Below, one piece after another: positions 15,332 through 21,596 of a stretch of 32,511 nucleotides of DNA (position 1 is its first letter; each line of letters begins with the position of its first letter). A program made the position numbers and the translations under genes. A model generated the notes under the pieces. That model saw only the letters and a list, made by a program, of their open reading frames with translations. It ran no database searches and was not told the origin of the DNA. Origin of the DNA: Oscillospiraceae bacterium (lineage in GTDB: Bacteria > Bacillota > Clostridia > Oscillospirales > Oscillospiraceae); NCBI GenBank assembly GCA_031261245.1, contig JAISKU010000100.1, positions 1 to 32,511 on the forward strand, read 5' to 3'.

Positions 15332-17295
15332 GCTTTGTGAATCCGTATAATTTTGTGACGCTTGAGGATTCCTGTGAGAAGAAAAATCGCGACATTCCGA
15401 TAAACGCCGAACGCTCCGGCGAAACCCTCTATACGGGTGAGTTCGTCTGCGAACTGACTACGCTCACGCCGCTGTTTATCCCGAATACAACTAATGATAA
15501 CACCTTCCCGGATACGGCAAAACAAAATTTGGACAAATACAATTCGGCGCTTGAACCTGACGGCAAGAAAGAGACGGAAACAAGCAAATCCTACGACTTT
15601 TTCAGCTACTCCGATATGTCAATAAAAGGCGCGACGCCAACGCAATCCCCGGTAATTCCCGGTTCATCGATTCGCGGCGTGATCCGCAGCGTGTTTGAAA
15701 CGGTCACAAACAGCTGTATGTCCACAAGCGACGGCAAAGAAACTCCGCTGTATAGACGTACACCTGCCGCAAAGAGCAAGTTCGGCGTCATTAAGAATGG
15801 TAAGTTATACTACTCCGGAACAGAGAAGCTTCTCGTGAAGGTGGATAATCCAAACTATTCTGCGCATCCTTTTGGGGCCGGTCTGCCGCTCTTACGCGGG
15901 TTGGCAAACGGGCAGGAAATATGGGTCACGCCGACTCAGGACAGATTTATTAAGAAAATCAAAAATAGAGACGGCACTTTCAAGATGATTTCTCTTAATC
16001 GCGGTGTTGCAAGTAAAAACCCGGTGGGTGAAGGGGTGTGCGGATACTACCTAAAAGGCGAACCCTTTGGAACGAAAAAACACTTTGATGCCGTTATGGT
16101 TCCAAACCTTACTTCAAAACCCTATGTCCTCACAGACCGCGACAAGGAGCGGCTCAAAAAGCTGATAGAGCTATATTCGCACGACAAAGATGGCGTTAAT
16201 CAGACCCTCGGACACAATGAGTACAAGGACTTCCTTGATGCGGAGGTTAAACCCGTTTACTATTCGGAGGTCGGCGGTAAGTATTATATTTCTCCGGCAA
16301 GTATCACAAAAGAGGTATTTGACCGTACAATCGCGGGCATACTCCAACATCAGGGCGGTTTCAACGCTTGCTCGAGAGCGGACAATCTGTGCGAGGCGTG
16401 CCATCTGTTCGGAATGATTGAAAAGGGCGAAATGGCGAAGACGCGCTCGTCGCGCGTTTCGTTCCGCGATGCGATTGCGCGCGACGCCGGAGACTATATG
16501 GGTGACGTTACATCTATGGCAATTCTCGGCTCGCCAAAAATTACCGCAACCGAGTTCTATATGCAACAACCCCGAAAGAACAATGATGTCTTCAACTACG
16601 ATTACGAGACAATCAATAAGCAATCGTCATTGCTCCGCGACGACGCGGTGCGTTTGCGCGGACGCAAATATTATTGGCACCACGGAACCGAACCCAAATC
16701 CGCAGGTCTTGATGACAAGCCAAAACAATATCAAATCACACGTCCCGTGTTAAAAGGCAAAACCTTTGTGTTTACCGTCGCCTTTGAGCGCCTGACGCTT
16801 GACGAGCTGCGCAAGCTGCGGTACAGCCTTGAGCTCGACGAGACTCACGCCCACAAAATGGGTCACGGCAAACCGATAGGCTACGGGAGTGCGCGGGTAA
16901 AGATTGACCGTGATAAAAGCCGAGTATTTACACTTAGCCCGGATTTTGTGATTGTCTGTGCATCGTTGCCGGACGCGGCATATGAGTTCACCTATGACAA
17001 CGCCGACTTCCTCGCGCTGACAGACATATCCGCGCCGAAAAAGAACGTTTCATATCCGAGAGGAACATATAGAGGCAAACCCACTGTATACGACTGGTTC
17101 GTGTTAAACCGCGAGGCAAACGGCGGCACCTCTACAAACCCGAGGTTTGCATATGTTCTGCCGAGGGCGAGCGCGCAGGATGTGACTTTACCGGAGATAA
17201 CAAAGCGTGACAGAGAAATCACACAGGGCAGAGGGTCAAACCGCGCCGTAGTGTGGGATAGCTTTAACAAAAGCGACGGTATGCCCACTCAGTGA
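15328..17295 (+). CDS. Cas7-family RAMP with large insertion (Cas7-insertion type)
   Basis: 655 aa. N-terminal FVNPYNFVTL. SPVIPGSSIRGVIRSVFE is the RAMP GSS[IL][KR]G motif. CSRADNLCEACHLFG is the Csm3-type CxxC..LFG motif. G-rich loop HKMGHGKPIGYGSARV. About 200 aa are inserted between the first two motifs. Confidence 0.75.
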   Translation: MSFVNPYNFVTLEDSCEKKNRDIPINAERSGETLYTGEFVCELTTLTPLFIPNTTNDNTFPDTAKQNLDKYNSALEPDGKKETETSKSYDFFSYSDMSIKGATPTQSPVIPGSSIRGVIRSVFETVTNSCMSTSDGKETPLYRRTPAAKSKFGVIKNGKLYYSGTEKLLVKVDNPNYSAHPFGAGLPLLRGLANGQEIWVTPTQDRFIKKIKNRDGTFKMISLNRGVASKNPVGEGVCGYYLKGEPFGTKKHFDAVMVPNLTSKPYVLTDRDKERLKKLIELYSHDKDGVNQTLGHNEYKDFLDAEVKPVYYSEVGGKYYISPASITKEVFDRTIAGILQHQGGFNACSRADNLCEACHLFGMIEKGEMAKTRSSRVSFRDAIARDAGDYMGDVTSMAILGSPKITATEFYMQQPRKNNDVFNYDYETINKQSSLLRDDAVRLRGRKYYWHHGTEPKSAGLDDKPKQYQITRPVLKGKTFVFTVAFERLTLDELRKLRYSLELDETHAHKMGHGKPIGYGSARVKIDRDKSRVFTLSPDFVIVCASLPDAAYEFTYDNADFLALTDISAPKKNVSYPRGTYRGKPTVYDWFVLNREANGGTSTNPRFAYVLPRASAQDVTLPEITKRDREITQGRGSNRAVVWDSFNKSDGMPTQ

Positions 17296-17328
17296 CACGA
17301 CAGCTTTGGCGCTGATCGTCTGAATCGT

Positions 17329-17368
17329 AAAACTCCTTGAAAATTTTCAAGGAGTTTTGTTTTGTTTT
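17329..17368 (+). terminator. Rho-independent terminator ending the effector operon
   Basis: Perfect palindrome AAAACTCCTTGAAAA/TTTTCAAGGAGTTTT (17329..17358) followed by GTTTTGTTTT. Confidence 0.75.
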
Positions 17369-17445
17369 ATCTGCGAAAAATCCAAAACCTCCCCACAATA
17401 AGATAATGTAGACACAAAAAATCATAATAAAAGGAGAACAACAGC

Positions 17446-17811
17446 ATGAGCTACAACACTTACGACAAGTACGGCAACAAAAAAGGCTACAGCACAACCT
17501 CCACCGGTATCTTTGGCGGCAATACGACGAGTCACTACAACAACTCCGGTAAGCGCACGAGCACAACGACCTACGACAAGGGCATCTTCGGCGGCACAAC
17601 AGCAAACCACTACGGCAGAGACGGCAAGAAATCCGGCTACAGCAAGAGGGAGACAGGCATGTTCGGCGGCAACTACACACAGCACTACGACAAGTACGGC
17701 AGCAAAACCGGCACTTCGCGACGCGAATCAGGTTTTTTCGGAGACAAGATCGTCCACTATGACAAGTATGGGAACAAGAGGGGCTCAAGCAAGAAGAGCG
17801 GGTGGTTCTAA
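17446..17811 (+). CDS. Gly/Tyr/Lys/Thr-rich protein built from 25-aa tandem repeats; function unknown
   Basis: 121 aa; AAAGGAG SD 9 nt upstream. Repeat register is exact: G[IMF]FGG at residues 21, 46, 71 and 96, and HYDKYG.K.G.S recurs every 25 residues. No signal peptide or TM segment. Confidence 0.65.
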   Translation: MSYNTYDKYGNKKGYSTTSTGIFGGNTTSHYNNSGKRTSTTTYDKGIFGGTTANHYGRDGKKSGYSKRETGMFGGNYTQHYDKYGSKTGTSRRESGFFGDKIVHYDKYGNKRGSSKKSGWF

Positions 17812-17917
17812 GCCACCCGCCCCGAGCGAAAGGGGGTGAGGGAACAAAAAGTATATGCTCGCGTTTCGACTATTGGCGTAATTCAACATTTTATAATTTT
17901 AAGGAGAAAACAACACC

Positions 17918-18331
17918 ATGAGTAAATTCAAACGAATCACCGCAATCGCACTCTCATTCATTATGATACTCAGCATGGGCGCGACCGTCGCGCTGGCGGC
18001 AAGCAACGACTACTCCATAAGCACACCATATTACAGAATAGGCACCAAGAAGCGACTCGATATCTACACGGACAGCAAAATGGCGGGGTGCGGAACCCCA
18101 TACATCCAACTCGGCACAAGTTTATTGGCACCATACGCAGAGGTAACACTCAAAGTTCAGGACTTGACTAACGGCAAAACGAATACTGTAAAAATGAGAC
18201 GAGGCTGCAAGCTGTATCTTGATCTAAACCACCGTTACTATATCACGGACACTTCGGCGCAGGTAACAAGCATCATACCGTACGACTGGAAACTAACAGG
18301 CACCTACAGAGTTTCGCGCATCGACTGCTAA
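17918..18331 (+). CDS. Small secreted protein (signal peptide), function unknown
   Basis: 137 aa; AAGGAG SD. N-terminus MSKFKRITAIALSFIMILSMGATVALA/AS has the n-h-c regions and an AxA cleavage site. Three Cys in the mature part. Confidence 0.65.
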   Translation: MSKFKRITAIALSFIMILSMGATVALAASNDYSISTPYYRIGTKKRLDIYTDSKMAGCGTPYIQLGTSLLAPYAEVTLKVQDLTNGKTNTVKMRRGCKLYLDLNHRYYITDTSAQVTSIIPYDWKLTGTYRVSRIDC

Positions 18332-18340
18332 CCTTGCGGC

Positions 18341-18374
18341 AGGAGCGCACCGTCATAAAAAGCGGTGCGCTCCT
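18341..18374 (+). terminator. 12-bp GC-rich hairpin after the 137-aa gene (terminator-like, no clear T tract)
   Basis: AGGAGCGCACCG (18341..18352) / CGGTGCGCTCCT (18363..18374) with a 10-nt loop. Confidence 0.45.
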
Positions 18375-18427
18375 CGCTTGTCTTACCGTTGTCGCGCCAA
18401 TACCGCCAAGTGCGTTTGGCAAGCAGC

Positions 18428-18488
18428 TTGACTGCAATCAAAATTTTGCCGTAATATAGTTGACGAAATTGGCGTTCTGATGTATGAT
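18428..18488 (+). promoter_or_regulatory. CRISPR leader with two tandem candidate promoters
   Basis: P1: TTGACT (18428..18433) - 18 nt - TAATAT (18452..18457). P2: TTGACG (18460..18465) - 17 nt - TATGAT (18483..18488). Both lie 55-115 nt upstream of the first repeat. Confidence 0.45.
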
Positions 18489-18543
18489 AAATGAGATAGG
18501 GCAGTGGTCTGAAAAAGTTGCACAGGTATCAAAAACGGGGGGT

Positions 18544-19138
18544 GTTTACAATTCAAGAATCTCGGCGCGAGATTGAAACCATAATAAATCCTTTCGTTTT
18601 TTACGACGTTGGGGCAGGAAATACCTTAACCTCGGTGCGAGATTGAAACCGATATTCATGTTGTTAATATAGATACAAAACGTAGGAAATACCTTACTCT
18701 CGGCGCGAGATTGAAACGTCATACTCATAGTGGTGTTGCTCCTTTCTTTTTTGTAGGAAATACCTTAATCTCGGTGCGAGATTGAAACTTTTCAGCGCCC
18801 TTTGGTTATGTGGATACGCTTAGGTCGGAAGAACCTTTATCTCGGTGCGAGATTGAAACTGCCATGTCTGGTACCTCCATCTTTTTAATAGCGTAGGAAA
18901 TACCTTAATCTCGGTGCGAGATTGAAACCCCGGAGAAGTGACGTGACCAGTCACCGCGGAGTGTAGGAAATACCTTAATCTCGGTGCGAGATTGAAACGC
19001 AACCTTCCTTTCAAATCGTTGTCATCATAAAAGTAGGAAATACCTTAATCTCGGTGCGAGATTGAAACGATTTTCAGGGCACTAGCCCGCCTTTCTTTTG
19101 GCGTAGGAAATACCTTAATCTCGGTGCGAGATTGGAGA
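18544..19138 (+). CRISPR. CRISPR array, 9 repeats / 8 spacers (32-35 nt); consensus repeat GTAGGAAATACCTTAATCTCGGTGCGAGATTGAAAC (36 nt)
   Basis: Repeats are at 18544, 18614, 18682, 18753, 18824, 18893, 18963, 19033 and 19103, each 36 nt. R4, R6, R7 and R8 are identical. R2, R3 and R5 carry 2, 2 and 4 substitutions. R1 keeps only the 3' 22 nt. R9 ends ATTGGAGA instead of ATTGAAAC. Orientation is plus because the repeat ends with the canonical 8-nt crRNA tag ATTGAAAC, all cas genes are co-directional, and the promoters lie upstream. Internal hairpin: AATCTCG-GTG-CGAGATT. Confidence 0.95.
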
Positions 19139-19146
19139 AACACATA

Positions 19147-19863
19147 ATGAAATGTGTGGATTTTGTTCTGCAAAAGCGAGATTTATCGGGGCTTTACTCA
19201 TCATTGGCGGTAAAGCTCCAGGCTTTTCTCATGTCAAAAACAGAGGGCGCCGCGGCGGAGTATCTGCACAAGCGCAATCTGCGCCCGTACAGCTTGTTCA
19301 CTGTGGAGCAGCGGGAAAATATCATTTTTCGGCTGAACATCCTGACCGATGAGGCTCTGCCCTTGTACAATGCCGCGCTTAATACGCGTCGCTACGCAGT
19401 TACCGGTATCAATGGCGGCATAGACGTATTGGACACTGTGACTTATGACGATATGCCGCTTTCGGATTTGCGCGGCAGCGCTCCGAAGCAGTTTAAGCTG
19501 TTGCTTGCCTCCCCCGCCACGTATAAGCACGAAAATACTTACTCGAACATATTCGCGCTCGCGCCTCTGTTTTTTAGCGTTGCGGACAAGCTGCGGTTGT
19601 TTTTTGGAGTTGATATAAGCAACGCGGAGATAACTGCGCTATGTGAAACGCTGAAATTTGTACAGTACAACTTCAGAAGTGATACATACGCGGTCAAGCG
19701 CGGCAACGTAATACCGGCGTTTTCCGGCGAGTTTGCGCTTGCTCCGCGCGGCACGGACGCGCAGACAGAAAAGCTTATGCTTCTGTTGCGGTTCGCCGAA
19801 TACTCCGGCGTCGGCGCGAAGACCGCGCTCGGAATGGGCGGTGTTTTACTCGATGAAAAATAG
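19147..19863 (+). CDS. cas6: Cas6 crRNA-processing endoribonuclease
   Basis: 238 aa from ATG 19147; the track start 19132 is a TTG inside the last repeat. The C-terminal G-rich loop FAEYSGVGAKTALGMGGV is the Cas6 signature. GGAGA of the degenerate last repeat sits 8 nt upstream of the ATG. Confidence 0.8.
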   Translation: MKCVDFVLQKRDLSGLYSSLAVKLQAFLMSKTEGAAAEYLHKRNLRPYSLFTVEQRENIIFRLNILTDEALPLYNAALNTRRYAVTGINGGIDVLDTVTYDDMPLSDLRGSAPKQFKLLLASPATYKHENTYSNIFALAPLFFSVADKLRLFFGVDISNAEITALCETLKFVQYNFRSDTYAVKRGNVIPAFSGEFALAPRGTDAQTEKLMLLLRFAEYSGVGAKTALGMGGVLLDEK

Positions 19864-19876
19864 CGGACAACAAGTG

Positions 19877-19899
19877 TTAATCTCGCCCGCTACGAGATT
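19877..19899 (+). repeat. Repeat-derived hairpin immediately after cas6 (orphan partial CRISPR repeat)
   Basis: TTAATCTCG (19877..19885) + 7-nt loop CCCGCTA + CGAGATT (19893..19899). Both arms are identical to the repeat hairpin TTAATCTCG-GTG-CGAGATT. The 5' part and the GAAAC tail are not conserved. Confidence 0.6.
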
Positions 19900-20021
19900 T
19901 TAAGCACCCCTGAAATTTATTCAAGGATGCTTTTGTTTTTATGTGAAAAATCTGAAACCGCCTCTCAATATAAAATCAAACCCACAACCCCAAAGCTTTA
20001 TTTTGAAAGGATTCCACCACC

Positions 20022-21539
20022 ATGAAAAAAACAACAACCCGCCTGCTCACCGTCATCCTCGCGGTCGTTATCTGCGTATCCCTCGCCGTTCCCGCGCTCG
20101 CGGACTACACCGCGCCCGACTCCTCGGTGACTCTCAGCCACAACCCGGAGTACAACATCAGCTTCACGCTCACCGGACGAACCTTTGCCGTCAACGGCCT
20201 GCCGCAAACAGGAGATTTCCGCGTCCTCTGGCTGCAAATCGAGCGAAACGGCGTCCTGGTTTTTGAGAGCTTCGCCGAGCGCGGCGCCGACAGCCGCGCG
20301 TCCTTCACCCTCAACGGCCTCGGCGCGGGAAAATATGAGGTCTCAATCTACCACGCGCCTGTATATTATACCACGTACCACGGCATTGTCTGGGGAAGCG
20401 CCCTCACGCTCAACTGGACTGGCGAGCGCGGCGCTTTCACGGAATCCGCCGCGCTCTCACGCAACCGCGAGACTTACTCCTCAAAGCGCACGGACGTCGC
20501 CGCGCTGACCTACTACCTCGCGCCGTCACGCGATATTCAAAGCGACAACAAGGATATTGTCGCTCTCGCCAACACGCTCACGGCCGGAATTACCGACGAT
20601 TACCGGAAGGCCGTTGTGCTTCACGACTGGGTGTGCAATAATATCTACTACAACTACGACGCGCTGTATGGCCGCGTTCCCTACGGCGACACCTCCGCCG
20701 CCGGCGTACTGAAAAGCCGCCGCTCCGTGTGCGAGGGTTTCACGAACCTCACCGCGGCGCTGCTCCGCGCCGTCGGCATCCCGGCAAAGCGAATCACCGG
20801 CTACGCGCTCGGCTTGACCGTCGGCGACGCCTTCCCCCGCAACCTCTGGACGGACGATTTATCAAACCACGCGTGGAACGAGGCCTTTATCAACGGTCAT
20901 TGGGCGATTATCGACTCAACGTGGAACAGCGACAACAGCTGGGAATTCGGCGCTGTAACCGACGACGGGGGCTTGCGGAGCTACCGGTACTTCGACGCGG
21001 CCATGGAGAGCTTCTCGTTCGACCACGCAATCCTCGACTACTCCGAATCCGGCATTGACCGAACCGTAAACGCAAAGAAAAAGACGGCGGTGCCGTTCAC
21101 GGGCAGGCTGTCCTTCAACGGCGCGGCGGTCACACCGGCGGCGTACACGGTGGACGGCAGCACCTACATAAAAATCCGCGACGTCGCCGCGCTAATGAAC
21201 GGAACAGAGAGCAGCGTAGACGTCGGCTATATCGGCGCGAGCAATACGATCGTTCTGAATACCGGCGCCGAGTACACGCCGAACGGCTCGGAGCTGCTCC
21301 CCGTGCAGGGGAAGAACAAGAGCGTCGCCGTTCCGCAGCTGCACATCACGATTGACGGCGTCGAGACATACCTCATGGCGTACAGCATCGACGGCAGCAC
21401 CTACATCAAGCTGCGCGACCTCGGCAAAGCCCTGAATTTCGGCGTGGACTGGGACTCCGCCTCCGGTACCGTTCTTTTGACGGCGGAGCTAATCTCTCAA
21501 CTCGCTGACGATTCCGCAACTCCCCCCGCCCCCCGGTAA
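20022..21539 (+). CDS. Secreted transglutaminase-like cysteine protease-fold protein with two C-terminal copper-amine-oxidase-N-like stalk repeats
   Basis: 505 aa. Signal peptide MKKTTTRLLTVILAVVICVSLAVPALA. Transglutaminase core SRRSVCEGFTNLTAALLRAVGIPAKRITGY ... HAWNEAFINGHWAIIDSTW (Cys-His-Asp type). Duplicated YTVDGSTYIKIRDVAALMNG / YSIDGSTYIKLRDLGKALNF. Confidence 0.75.
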   Translation: MKKTTTRLLTVILAVVICVSLAVPALADYTAPDSSVTLSHNPEYNISFTLTGRTFAVNGLPQTGDFRVLWLQIERNGVLVFESFAERGADSRASFTLNGLGAGKYEVSIYHAPVYYTTYHGIVWGSALTLNWTGERGAFTESAALSRNRETYSSKRTDVAALTYYLAPSRDIQSDNKDIVALANTLTAGITDDYRKAVVLHDWVCNNIYYNYDALYGRVPYGDTSAAGVLKSRRSVCEGFTNLTAALLRAVGIPAKRITGYALGLTVGDAFPRNLWTDDLSNHAWNEAFINGHWAIIDSTWNSDNSWEFGAVTDDGGLRSYRYFDAAMESFSFDHAILDYSESGIDRTVNAKKKTAVPFTGRLSFNGAAVTPAAYTVDGSTYIKIRDVAALMNGTESSVDVGYIGASNTIVLNTGAEYTPNGSELLPVQGKNKSVAVPQLHITIDGVETYLMAYSIDGSTYIKLRDLGKALNFGVDWDSASGTVLLTAELISQLADDSATPPAPR

Positions 21540-21550
21540 TACGGACACCC

Positions 21551-21596
21551 CACCACCGAATAGACTGTTTCATAACAATTATTCGGTGGTGTTTTT
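21551..21596 (+). terminator. Rho-independent terminator
   Basis: CACCACCGAATA (21551..21562) / TATTCGGTGGTG (21580..21591), 17-nt loop, then TTTTT (21592..21596), directly abutting the sigK ATG. Confidence 0.6.

Noticed and set aside
9993-17295. Considered type III-E (single gRAMP / Craspase) or mCpol-type assignment for the fused RAMP genes and short Cas10.
   Set aside because: Four separate RAMP-containing polypeptides plus a two-palm Cas10 with a D4-like tail are present. No TPR-CHAT or Csx30/31-like genes are seen. The architecture fits a multi-subunit III-D variant better.
17264-17788. 174-aa Cys/Arg-rich minus-strand ORF.
   Set aside because: It is the antisense frame of the 25-aa tandem-repeat gene. 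Its periodic Cys/Arg pattern is a mirror of the sense-strand repeat. The sense gene has a strong SD and the antisense one has none.
17898-17930. Possible self-targeting: the reverse complement of spacer 3 (aaaGGAGcaacaccactATGAGTAtgac) resembles the RBS/start of the 137-aa gene (aAGGAGaaaacaacaccATGAGTAaattc) and of the 17446 gene.
   Set aside because: The shared blocks (AGGAG, CAACACC, ATGAGTA) are separated by different spacings, so there is no contiguous base-pairing with the crRNA. The likeness probably reflects similar RBS architecture in the donor element rather than a true protospacer.
18546-19014. Minus-strand ORFs 18546..18728 and 18820..19014 (repetitive FQSR[AT]EI.. peptides).
   Set aside because: They lie entirely within the CRISPR array. 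Their repeats are translations of the CRISPR repeat.
19132-19146. TTG start at 19132 for cas6 as given in the ORF track.
   Set aside because: It lies inside the last CRISPR repeat. ATG 19147 has GGAGA at 8-nt spacing and gives a normal Cas6 N-terminus.
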